Positions 10,315 through 19,613 of a DNA stretch of 61,495 nt are shown piece by piece; within the stretch, counting starts at the first letter, position 1; every line of letters begins with the position of its first letter. The notes below the pieces were generated by a model, which saw only the letters and a list, made by a program, of their open reading frames with translations, had not been told where the DNA came from and did no database searches. The translations under genes and the position numbers were made by a program. The DNA comes from Planctomycetota bacterium (lineage in GTDB: Bacteria; Planctomycetota; Planctomycetia; Pirellulales; Pirellulaceae), in the NCBI GenBank assembly GCA_039030255.1, contig JBCCEO010000001.1:1-61495 (forward strand), given 5' to 3'.

Positions 10315-10445
10315 CAAAATCGTTTAACGGCGTTTAACGGCGAGCCGCAGGCGGTTCTTCTCTTCCCATTCTTCCGTCCCATAGCGACTCCAGTCGCTCC
10401 GCCAATCGTACTCAGGCGCAGCCAGGTACTCGTACTCGTAATCGA
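10315..10445. repeat. Composite REP-like intergenic repeat
   Basis: 10315-10365 nearly matches the reverse complement of 21822-21862 and carries an extra tandem CGTTTAACGG; 10406-10445 matches 21652-21692. Confidence 0.75.
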
Positions 10446-10665
10446 CTGGTACCGACTTACTGAGGCCATGTTCGGTTATGATCGATGGATTGTCTCCTAA
10501 GTTGCGTTTCCATTACCGAGCACGAGCAGCAACCCGGCATCTCTGATTTGCCCTGGCATTTCATTCCCCGCTCAGACCCGATTTCCGAGCGCTATGGTAA
10601 GATGACAACACGGCTCTTTATTCTCAATCCAGCTTTAGTCTCCCTTGTACCAAGGCTCTTTCAAC

Positions 10666-11958
10666 ATGCAGTATGCTGCCCATCGCCTTTGCCGATTGCT
10701 CTGCTTCCTGACTGGCTGCCTACTCCTTCCTGCTTTGGCCCACGCCCAGCAGCTCAGCGTCGATGGCATCGCCAAATCGGATTGGCCTTGGTGGCGCGGA
10801 CCAGCGCGCAACGGCTTTGCTGCCGAAGCACAGCTGCCAACCAAGTTTGGCAACTCCGAAAACGTGCTTTGGAAATCGCCGGTGCCCGGACGCGGCCATA
10901 GCAGTCCTATTGTGGTCGGCGGCAAAGTCTACTTGGCGACCGCCGATGAAGCGAAGCAACTTCACGCCGTCTTGGCCTACGACATGGCCAACGGCGACCG
11001 CATCTGGGCCAAGCAGATCAGCCAAGGAGGATTTCCAAAGCAGAATCATCCAAAGAACACAGAGGCTAGCACAACGATTGCCTCCGATGGCAAGTCTCTA
11101 TTCGTGACTTTCTTTCATCACGAAACTGTCACGCTTACGGCTTTGGACATGGATGGCGGCGAAAAATGGACGCAGGTTGTCAGTCCGTTCAATCCTAAAC
11201 TTTATAAATACGGCTATGCACCTTCACCTCTGATTTACGGAGAATCGGTGATCGTGTCGGCCGAGTACGATGGAAAGAGTTCCATCACCGCCTTTAATCG
11301 CACGACGGGTAAGAAACTCTGGAACGCCGACCGTCCCGCGAATATAACTTTCTCGTCGCCCGTTGTGGCTAACGTGGCCGGTAGAGACCAATTGCTAATC
11401 AGCGGATCAGGCCTCGTGGCCTCTTACAATCCCAGCAACGGCACTCCGTTTTGGTCCGTCAAGGGAACAACATCGGCGACGTGTGGTTCCATGGTTTGGG
11501 ATGGCAACATCGTTTTCGCCAGCGGGGGGTATCCCCGACCGCAGACGATTGCGGTACTCGCCAATGGAAGCAACCGTGTGCTCTGGACCAACGGGCAGAA
11601 ATGCTACGAACAATCGATGATCGTCGTTGATGGATATCTCTACGGATTGGTCGATCATGGTGTTTTGTATTGCTGGCGAGGTACCGATGGCAAGGAAATG
11701 TGGCGAACTCGGCTGGCAGGACCCGTCAGCGCCTCACCAATTTACGCCGGAGGACATATTTATTGGGCCAACGAAGCTGGTACCATGTACGTCTTCAAGC
11801 CAAATCCGCAGCGGTTTGAATTGGTCGCGGAGAATCGTATTGGCAAGGAAGCGTTCGCCAGTCCTGCCGTTTCTGGTAACAAACTGCTGCTTCGTGTCGC
11901 CGAAGGAAAAGGATCTGCACGAAAGGAATCGCTGATCTGCATTGGTAATGCGAACTAA
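10666..11958 (+). CDS. Secreted PQQ-binding-like beta-propeller protein
   Basis: Signal peptide ...LPALAHA|QQ, DWPWWRGP.RNG, WKSPVPGRGHSSPIV, repeated G..W motifs, FASPAV. Confidence 0.9.
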   Translation: MQYAAHRLCRLLCFLTGCLLLPALAHAQQLSVDGIAKSDWPWWRGPARNGFAAEAQLPTKFGNSENVLWKSPVPGRGHSSPIVVGGKVYLATADEAKQLHAVLAYDMANGDRIWAKQISQGGFPKQNHPKNTEASTTIASDGKSLFVTFFHHETVTLTALDMDGGEKWTQVVSPFNPKLYKYGYAPSPLIYGESVIVSAEYDGKSSITAFNRTTGKKLWNADRPANITFSSPVVANVAGRDQLLISGSGLVASYNPSNGTPFWSVKGTTSATCGSMVWDGNIVFASGGYPRPQTIAVLANGSNRVLWTNGQKCYEQSMIVVDGYLYGLVDHGVLYCWRGTDGKEMWRTRLAGPVSASPIYAGGHIYWANEAGTMYVFKPNPQRFELVAENRIGKEAFASPAVSGNKLLLRVAEGKGSARKESLICIGNAN

Positions 11959-11988
11959 GTTGTAAGCTCCTATCCACGAAAAAAGTCT

Positions 11989-13131
11989 ATGCCTGATTCT
12001 TTTATGTTTGAATCTGCCGCCTCCGCGATGAACTCGGAGCGCATGGACTATCTGCAACTCGCGTTGACAACCGGTGTAGGACCTCAAGTTCTCGCAGAGC
12101 TGCTGAGTACGTTTGGTACTGCCTCGCGAGTCCTAGCAGCCAGTCCTGCCGAGCTGCACGAAGTGAATGGAGTCGGGGTGGCGCTGCAAAGACGAATTCG
12201 TTCCGGCGAATGCCGCGAAGTCGCTGAGTCGGTGCGGCAACAATGCGAGCAAGAACAGATACGTATCCTGCTGCCCAGCGACGACGAGTTTCCCAGGCTG
12301 CTGTCGGAGATCGATTCTCCACCGAGTCTTCTATTTGTTCGTGGGCAACTGAAAACCACCGACAGTTTGAGCATTGCCATCGTAGGCACGCGCGGCGCTT
12401 CTCAGTACGGTCGCTCGCAGGCTGAACGATTCGCACGCTCTCTGGCTCGAGCCGGATTGACCGTGGTAAGCGGACTGGCCCGAGGAATTGATGCTGCCGC
12501 GCATCACGGGGCTCTTGAAGCGGAGGGCCGAACCATCGCCGTCTTGGCCAACGGAGTCAGCGAGGTCTATCCGCCGCAGCACAAAGAGTTAGGCTTGAGA
12601 GTTGAGCAGCAAGGAGCCCTGGTCAGCGAAATGCCACCTGGAACCAAACCCAAGAAGGGCATGTTTCCTCAACGCAATCGAATCATCACTGGTTTCTCAC
12701 TTGGCACGATAGTGATCGAGGCTGCGGAACGATCCGGAGCACTCATTAGCGCTCGGTTATCGGGGGAACAAGGCCGCGAAGTCTTCGCGCTGCCCGGATT
12801 AGTAACCACTCCCAACTCACGCGGCTGCCATAAACTGATTCGCGATGGCGCAATCTTGGTTCAAGACCCGGAAGATGTCATCGAAGCACTCGGCCCACTG
12901 GTGGAAGGCGTTGAGGTGTCCCCCGAGCAAACGATACGCAACGCGGCTGAGTTGCAACTGAACGAGCAGGAAACCGCCGTGTTGAATGCCATTGGAGCCG
13001 AGCCCACCGACATCAATTCGGTTGTTGTCTCCAGCGGCTTGCCCGTCCCCCGCGTGCTCAGTACGCTCAGCGTATTAGAAATGCGCCGCCTCGTCCGCCG
13101 CATTAGCGGACAAATCGTCCAACGCATTTAA
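11989..13131 (+). CDS. dprA: DNA-processing protein DprA/Smf
   Basis: IAIVGTR, VVSGLARGIDAAAHHGAL, FPQRNRII, IEAAERSGALISA, QGREVFALPG, C-terminal winged helix. Confidence 0.96.
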   Translation: MPDSFMFESAASAMNSERMDYLQLALTTGVGPQVLAELLSTFGTASRVLAASPAELHEVNGVGVALQRRIRSGECREVAESVRQQCEQEQIRILLPSDDEFPRLLSEIDSPPSLLFVRGQLKTTDSLSIAIVGTRGASQYGRSQAERFARSLARAGLTVVSGLARGIDAAAHHGALEAEGRTIAVLANGVSEVYPPQHKELGLRVEQQGALVSEMPPGTKPKKGMFPQRNRIITGFSLGTIVIEAAERSGALISARLSGEQGREVFALPGLVTTPNSRGCHKLIRDGAILVQDPEDVIEALGPLVEGVEVSPEQTIRNAAELQLNEQETAVLNAIGAEPTDINSVVVSSGLPVPRVLSTLSVLEMRRLVRRISGQIVQRI

Positions 13132-13140
13132 AGAAAGTAG

Positions 13141-13162
13141 AGCAGCTGTTCCAGCTGTTTTT
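13141..13162 (+). terminator. Possible terminator after dprA
   Basis: AGCAGCTG ttc CAGCTGTT then a short T-run, starting 10 nt after the stop. Confidence 0.4.
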
Positions 13163-13264
13163 CCCCATTTTAGATTTCCCAACTCTATCCCCCTACACAC
13201 CTCCTCTTCCTCCAGCCAAAACCTCCACCCTGCCGTCAAATCTGACTCAAAAGAGTACAAGCTT

Positions 13265-13468
13265 ATGGGGATATATGATCGAGACTACATGCGAGACGAG
13301 GACTCGCGATCGGGAGGTCCATCGGGACTTGGCTTCAAGTTATTCCTAGTGTTCTTGATTGGCGTTTTGTTATTTGTTGGCATGCGTCTTCCCATGCCAC
13401 CCTTGATCAAGATAGTATTCATTGTAGGCGGCTTCGTCCTAGCCTTCCGCCTCTTCCGCGACAGCTGA
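13265..13468 (+). CDS. Small two-TM membrane protein with an MGIYDRDYMR N-terminus
   Basis: 67 aa, charged N-terminus then two hydrophobic helices. Confidence 0.75.
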   Translation: MGIYDRDYMRDEDSRSGGPSGLGFKLFLVFLIGVLLFVGMRLPMPPLIKIVFIVGGFVLAFRLFRDS

Positions 13469-13527
13469 AGGACGCAGAAGATAGCCGCCAGGTTTCAGGA
13501 GTTAAGCGCCGGAGGTCAGGTCTTAGA

Positions 13528-13608
13528 ACCGACCTTGTAGCGGACGTCGTCAAGACCATCCCACTGGGCCGAGAGTCTTGACGACCTTTTTTCGCTACGA
13601 GGTTGGGT
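13528..13608. repeat. GTAG-type REP/REPIN-like long inverted repeat
   Basis: ACCTTGTAGCG..GTCGTCAAGAC, 18-nt loop, GTCTTGACGAC...CGCTACGAGGT. Confidence 0.7.
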
Positions 13609-13884
13609 CTTGATCCTGGTAGGAAAGATTCCAGGTAAAATTACAGTGGGACCCAGAAAATCAAGCTGCACGCGGGCGATGAGGAAAGGGTGGCCTACCC
13701 TTGCAAGGGATCAGGGTCGGGGACTCTGGAGTTAGGAGCCAGAGGGATCAGGGATGAGCATAGGATGATCGGGTTTGCAGGATCCTTTACTAAATGAAAC
13801 GCCTGAGAAAACAAGTCTAATACTATAGCTACTCAGCCTGGAAAACTTACGCATTGGCAATCGATCAAGATTGCAATCGCCTGT

Positions 13885-16269
13885 TTGGTGATACCGGCTC
13901 TTTTCGTGCTGGCCGGTCATGGGAGTTGGCGTGCGCTACTGTCTCACGAAAACGATGTGTCGCAGTGGCTACCAGAGCTTGAGTCAATCCGCTGGTTCTC
14001 TGAGCATTTCGGAGGCGAAGCCTTCCTTGCTGTCAGCTGGAATGGCTGTGACGTGGAAGACGATCGCATAGCGGCCATGCGTTCGGGACTGCGGAAAGTG
14101 AACGTGGCTTCCGTTGAGCCATCCGATCCGCCAGAAGTTCCTGCTTTGCGGCGTATTTTTGACGGCCGCCAGATCGTCGAAGAATTGGAAGGTCTGGGAT
14201 ACTCGAAGGAATCGGCAAAACGTCGCCTGGAAGGCTGGATCGTAGGCAAAGAATCGGCAGCGACGTGTTTGGTCCTGTCCGTCACGCAATCGGGCTGGAC
14301 GCATCGTCATGAACTGGTCGATTCGATTTATCGCATTGGATCGGAGTTGGGAATCTCGGCTCAGGAACTGCACATCGGCGGACCGATCCGCGACAGTGTG
14401 GCCGTTGATCGTATGGGGCTCAATCGAGTCATTCCACTGGCCCTGGTTTCCGTCGTGCTGGCGATCGGTATAACGTATTTTTGCATCCGGCAATTGAGCT
14501 TAGTGATCGCAGTCATCTGCTACGCGACCCTGTGTTGGATGCTGGCACTATCCAACCTTCCTTGGTTCGGTACCAAGCTGGATTCGGTTCTCATCGCCAT
14601 GCCGGCATTGGTGTACGTGCTGGCCGTCTCCTCGGCCGTGCATTTGACAGGCTACTTGCAGGATTCGACCGAAAAGTTAACCAAGTCCCGCAGACGTGGT
14701 TTGCTGCAAGCCCTTTGGATGGGCTTTGGGCCTTGCACCATTGCGTCTTTCACGACAGTTCTTGGGCTCATTTCGCTATCGGTGAGTGAAATGAAACCAG
14801 TTCGCGAATTTGGGATATACTCAGCTGCGGGTGTTGCTGTGGCGTGGGTTGCCTTGTTTCTCGTCTGGCCAACAGTGGTCGCTATCGTGGTGGCTCTGAC
14901 GGGGAAACGGGAAGTGGAACCCGGTCAAGTTCCTGTGTTCCGGTTGAACGGCGAGTTCTGGTGGCAGCCTGTTTTTCGATTTACGATGCGATATCGAGTT
15001 GCCATTGCGTTGGTGTGTGCGTTGGCAGTTCCATTTTTACTACGGGGCCTAGCCAAATTAGAAACTTCGGTGCGTGTGTCAGATCTGTTTTCGAGCTCCT
15101 CGGACATTCACCAAGACTATTTATGGTTCGAGCAGGAGATTGGCGGCTTGGTGCCGCTGGAGATTGTTTTGGAACTGGATGCGGCCGGTGAGGATTCTTA
15201 TCGATTGACGCAGAATCTCGTGTTGTTGGAAAAGCTGCGGCGTTTTGTGTCGGCAAGTGAAAGTGTGACTTCGGCCGTTTCTGCGACGACGTTTTTGCCT
15301 CCTATTTCCCAGCGCTCTGGGTTTCAGGGAACGATCGAGCGTCGATTTCTTGCGGCCAAACTCAAGTAATGGAAACCGACGCTAATCGAGCAAGGTTTAT
15401 TGTACGAGGAACCCGTGACTGAAGTGCAGCGATCGGCCGCGTTAAATACGAAGCGGGTCAGCTTTCTGCCGTTTGCGGGCGTTTCAGCAGAGTCTCCGCG
15501 ACGCGAATATTGGAGGATCAGCGCGCGAGTGCCAGCAATGTCCAAGCTCTCTTACTCTCAGTTCCTGAGTGAATTTCAACAGGAAATATCGCAGTTTCTT
15601 GCTAATGAACAGCTTACCAGGGCGCTCAATGCGGATCTGCGAGTTTCCGGTGGAGTGTTTCAAGTTGCCCAGGGGCAGCGTCAATTGCTGATCGATATGG
15701 GCAAGAGTGTTTCGCTGGCTTTCATCATGATTGCAATCGCGATGATCGTCGTTTGTCGTTCGTTGAAGCTTGGCTTGGTGGCCATGATTCCCAACCTTGT
15801 GCCCCTATTCACCGTTTTTGGTGCCATGGGATTGTTGGGAGTTCCTGTGGATGTTGGAACCATGATGACCGCTACAGTAGCTCTGGGGATTGCCGTGGAC
15901 GACACCTCGCACTTCGTATGGTGGTTTGCTAAGCATCGTCGGGCGGGTAAAACTTCCGAGGAAGCCATTGAGAGAGCTTTTCATCACAGTGCATCGGCTA
16001 TGGTGAAGACTACTTTGATCTGTGGACTGGGATTAGGGATATTCTTTTTCAGTCCTTTCTTGCCGGTTGCCAAGTTCGGCATCTTCATGGGGCTGTTGTT
16101 GATCGCGGCCGTGGTTGGCGACTTGGTCATATTTCCAGCTGTGTTACGGATTCTCTTTCCCAAGTCTCTGATAAAAGCAGCCGAGGAAACAAAAGTAGCC
16201 CTGGAAACAAAGGCAGCCACGGCAACAAGTGGAAAGCCAACGAGCATCGAATCGGTGGCGAATGCGTAG
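13885..16269 (+). pseudogene. MMPL/RND-family transporter interrupted by an in-frame TAA at 15367-15369
   Basis: ORFs 13885-15369 and 15400-16269 share a frame and the spacer is open (WKPTLIEQGL); joined length about 794 aa with two TM bundles; LAVSSAVHL and GIAVDDTSHF motifs. Confidence 0.75.
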
Positions 16270-16288
16270 GGCCTTCTCTCTTGGTTCT

Positions 16289-18304
16289 CTATGTTCGTCG
16301 CCTGGAGATTTGGGCTTCAAGCTGCTTTTCGGATTCCAGGCCCCAATACCAGTCAAATGGATTCGCATCTAGTTCGAGCGAGTCGGCGTGTGGCCGCTCA
16401 CTTGAAATCACTTGCTGCTGGGGTCCATAGGCATGGTAGGCGAGCGTTGAAAACTCTCCTTCTGCGTCCGACCGTTGGTTCAGTAAAAAGACGATAGTCA
16501 GTGCATCGATGGCGGTTACGAATCCATCCCGATTGACGTCTCTGCGGTCACCTGGGGCGATGGGGTCGTCGCCTCGTTGGTTTAAGAAATTGATGACAAT
16601 GAGCGCGTCGATGGCGCTGACGGCATTGTCACCGTCCACGTCTTCAGGTGTTTCCAGTTCGTCCAAGACGTCAATTTCGAAGGCTCTTTCTAGCTGCAAC
16701 CCGTCCTGGTCGGTTACTGCAATGCGAACCGAGTATTGATTCTGAGCTTCGAAATCCAAGCTTTCATTGGTACGCAATTCACCGAAGGCGATTTGAAAGG
16801 CCGCGTTGTCGGTATCGCCTGGACCGGATATCAAGGAATAGCTAAGCGTGTTGTCGGCGTCGGGATCGAGGGAAGATAGGATTCCGACGGTGGTTTCTGC
16901 GGGTAGGTTTTCGTCGATGCTCGAATGCGACAGGGTTAGTTCGGTTGGCGCCTCGTTCACATCTTGAATTTCAAAGGTCAAAGGCTTCTCGGAGAAGTTT
17001 CCTTTGGAGTCCACCACACGGACTCGAATGCTGCCCATTTCGGACTCTTCGTGGTCCAGTGGTTTGGTCAAAAAGACTTCGGCGTCAACGATAGTAGCGA
17101 AATCGTTATACTCGTCTCCATCGCCGCTGGCCAACTCGAAGGCGAGCGTTTCGAACATGTCGAGATCGTCGGCGGATAATTCTCCTAGCAGCGTTTGCGG
17201 TGCTGCGTTTTCCTCAACGATTGCGGGTGCAAGTGTCAGGTTGGTTGGCGTGTACTCCAACTGGCCCGTGTTGCCTGCGATTCGGAATTCATAATCGGCG
17301 CTGGCTCCGAAAGAGGTTGTATGGACAAGTAGTGCGAGTTGCTCCGTTTCTTCTGCAATGAAGAAACTGGTGTCCTCGTTTTTAACGAAGGTGACTATCG
17401 AGTCGCCAAAAACATCGGTGATTTGGTAATTTGTACTACCGGAGAAGGTAATGTCGACTTCGTCGCCGCTGCGGACAGCAAACGGATGGATGTTAAACGA
17501 TCTACGCGGGACAGTCCCGTTTTGAAGCTCGTCGTTTTCAACAGCAAAGTCGCGTTCGGTGAAGAGGATTGAATCTGCAAGCGAGGGCCGAATTAATGTT
17601 CGCATGGAGAGCATTTCACCGCGATTGAACGTGCCACGCTGCAAGAGAATTTTGTATTGGCCGGTCTGCTCTGTTGGAATGGAAGAGAAGTTACCATTGA
17701 GTGATTCTGATACTTTGGATCCATCTGGGGCGAAGAGAGCAAACTCCCATTGTCTAGAATTGTAAGCGTTCAGCGTTATTTCACCGGGGACTTCGGCGTC
17801 CCAGGTGATGACTGAAAAGTCGTCTTCAGCCACCGTGGTTTGGATTTCTTGTCCGCTTACGATATGCCGATCGTTCTCTTGGTATGCGAGTAGTTCACTT
17901 CCTGAGTCGAAAAAATGGAGGTCGAAGTCGAGACCATCTCCACGGAACCAGTCGGATACACGAATTGTAAATGATCCCGACTCTTGCGCGATATATTCGA
18001 TTTGAGCCTCATCGCTGCCACTATCTTGTGTCAGCACCTGACCGCCGGATCCTAAGAGTGCGATAGCGGCACCAGTCGTTTCATTGGCTCGAACTAGAAT
18101 ATTCAGCTGCGAACCTGCCTCAGCCGTGATTTGGTAATTCTGGATTTCGTCGAGTGCAAGAAAGTCAGAGACTTGCTGTCCGCTGACTAGAGTTGCCAAG
18201 AGCCTGCGGTCTTCGAGTTGTTCGAAATGCGGCGTGAAATGTGATCTTGACAATTGCGGCGAGCTTACGAATCGATCTCTGGGATTTTTTTCGTAGAAGA
18301 ACAT
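16289..18304 (-). CDS. Planctomycete-type extracellular protein with PPC-like domains, two cadherin-like repeats and a dockerin-like tail
   Basis: FEQLEDRRLLA motif; VEENAAP..LDHE..DVNEAPT and IDENLP..DPD..LDFEAQNQYSVRIAVTD cadherin motifs; two EF-hand-like DVDGD/DVNRDG..AIDAL repeats, then AEGE. Confidence 0.88.
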   Translation of the reverse strand: MFFYEKNPRDRFVSSPQLSRSHFTPHFEQLEDRRLLATLVSGQQVSDFLALDEIQNYQITAEAGSQLNILVRANETTGAAIALLGSGGQVLTQDSGSDEAQIEYIAQESGSFTIRVSDWFRGDGLDFDLHFFDSGSELLAYQENDRHIVSGQEIQTTVAEDDFSVITWDAEVPGEITLNAYNSRQWEFALFAPDGSKVSESLNGNFSSIPTEQTGQYKILLQRGTFNRGEMLSMRTLIRPSLADSILFTERDFAVENDELQNGTVPRRSFNIHPFAVRSGDEVDITFSGSTNYQITDVFGDSIVTFVKNEDTSFFIAEETEQLALLVHTTSFGASADYEFRIAGNTGQLEYTPTNLTLAPAIVEENAAPQTLLGELSADDLDMFETLAFELASGDGDEYNDFATIVDAEVFLTKPLDHEESEMGSIRVRVVDSKGNFSEKPLTFEIQDVNEAPTELTLSHSSIDENLPAETTVGILSSLDPDADNTLSYSLISGPGDTDNAAFQIAFGELRTNESLDFEAQNQYSVRIAVTDQDGLQLERAFEIDVLDELETPEDVDGDNAVSAIDALIVINFLNQRGDDPIAPGDRRDVNRDGFVTAIDALTIVFLLNQRSDAEGEFSTLAYHAYGPQQQVISSERPHADSLELDANPFDWYWGLESEKQLEAQISRRRT

Positions 18305-18422
18305 GTTTTTGCTACCCGTGACCCTCACCACAGAGCAACGAACCTTTCTGATCCTAACTAATCGTCGTTGCCGGGTAAAGAAGAAAATAAGTTGACTGCT
18401 TGTCAGTCATTTAACTTGGGGT

Positions 18423-19613
18423 CTATTCGTAGAGCAGGAATTCGCTCACTTCCGCGAGAAAGTTGGTTTGTGGAGGGGATAAGTGTGAGTTTATTGTTAG
18501 ATTATCGTCCTCAGCCTTGATTTCTGAGGCTTCGAATGAAGTTTTCAACTGTTCGCTGCCCGAAAGAATGTCGATGGGCATTTTCTTGGTTTCGTATTCG
18601 TAGGGCGGTGGGAGCCAACGGAATTCATTTGGCCAGAGCTGCTTCACGGTTAAGAGTGCCGCAACGGTCAGTTCGTAGCTGCGCAGCGCGGCTGGATCGG
18701 AAACATAGAACGCGACGCCACCACAGCTTTGGTTCTTCCATTTGTCAAAGGTCGGTTCAAATCGAGTCGGCAGGATTTTGACTCCGGGCAAGTTTAGCTT
18801 GGCAAGCTCAGCGGCCAAAAGTTCTGGTTCGATGAAGGGCGCGCCAAAGACTTCAAACGGACGCGTGGTACCACGACCTTCGGAGAGGTTGGTGCCTTCG
18901 AGCAATACCATCCCAGGATAGAGTAGTGCCGTGGTCGGCGTTGGCATATTGGGTGAGGGAGGGATCCAGTGCAAACCGGTGTCACGCCAAAGCATTTCCC
19001 GGCTCCAGCCACTCGTCGTGACGATGTCCAGGGAAACACCCAAATCTTGGGCGGAATTTGCCCAAGCTGCAAACTCTCCGATGGTCAAGCCGTGCCGCAT
19101 CGGAATTTCATACCGTCCTACGAAGCTGCGAAAGTCCTTTTGCAGAATCGGTCCTTCCGTGATTTGACCCCCTAGAGGATTGGGGCGGTCCAGCACCAGG
19201 ACTTCGACGCCTTGTTTGCCGCAGACTTCCAGGCAGTAGCTCAAGGTCCATAAGTAGGTGTAAACTCTTGTTCCAGCGTCCTGCAGATCGACCAAGAGAC
19301 AATCCAGCCCGGCGAGCATTTCTTCGGTGGGCCAGCGAACGTCGCCGTACAAGCTGTAAACCGGAATGTTACGGCCCTGGTCGAGCGAGTCGCCTGTCTC
19401 GATCATGTTGGCTTGTTGCTCGCCCCAGATGCCATGCTGAGGAGAAAACAGAGCTTTCAGTTGACCGGGATATGCCGCGTTAAGTACGTCGAAGCTGTAA
19501 TGCAGATCGGATGTCACGGAGGCTTGGTGTGCCAGGACTCCGAACTTTTTGCCTTGCAGTTTATTGGGAAAATCTTGCAGCAGCCGATCAATTCCAAGCT
19601 GGATAGGCATCAT
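18423..19613 (-). CDS. namZ: Exo-beta-N-acetylmuramidase NamZ family (DUF1343), no signal peptide
   Basis: LFSPQHG, YSLYG, DLQDAG.RVYTY, VLDRPNPLGG, PMRHGLTIGE, WIPPSPNMP, EGTNLSEGRGTTRPFE; ATG at 19613 overlaps the upstream TGA, and the track's longer N-terminus overlaps the kinase. Confidence 0.88.
   Translation of the reverse strand: MMPIQLGIDRLLQDFPNKLQGKKFGVLAHQASVTSDLHYSFDVLNAAYPGQLKALFSPQHGIWGEQQANMIETGDSLDQGRNIPVYSLYGDVRWPTEEMLAGLDCLLVDLQDAGTRVYTYLWTLSYCLEVCGKQGVEVLVLDRPNPLGGQITEGPILQKDFRSFVGRYEIPMRHGLTIGEFAAWANSAQDLGVSLDIVTTSGWSREMLWRDTGLHWIPPSPNMPTPTTALLYPGMVLLEGTNLSEGRGTTRPFEVFGAPFIEPELLAAELAKLNLPGVKILPTRFEPTFDKWKNQSCGGVAFYVSDPAALRSYELTVAALLTVKQLWPNEFRWLPPPYEYETKKMPIDILSGSEQLKTSFEASEIKAEDDNLTINSHLSPPQTNFLAEVSEFLLYE

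Noticed and set aside
10666-11958. BamB or a PQQ dehydrogenase
   Set aside because: No bam context or dehydrogenase-specific features; it matches the generic expanded planctomycete propeller family.
15367-15371. TAATG as translational coupling or stop-codon recoding in the MMPL gene
   Set aside because: The ATG is out of frame and closes after about 17 codons; TAA ends many other genes here, so there is no sign of code reassignment.
16440-16650. Dockerin as evidence of a cellulosome
   Set aside because: No cohesin scaffoldin or glycoside hydrolase domain; this is the planctomycete dockerin-like tail.
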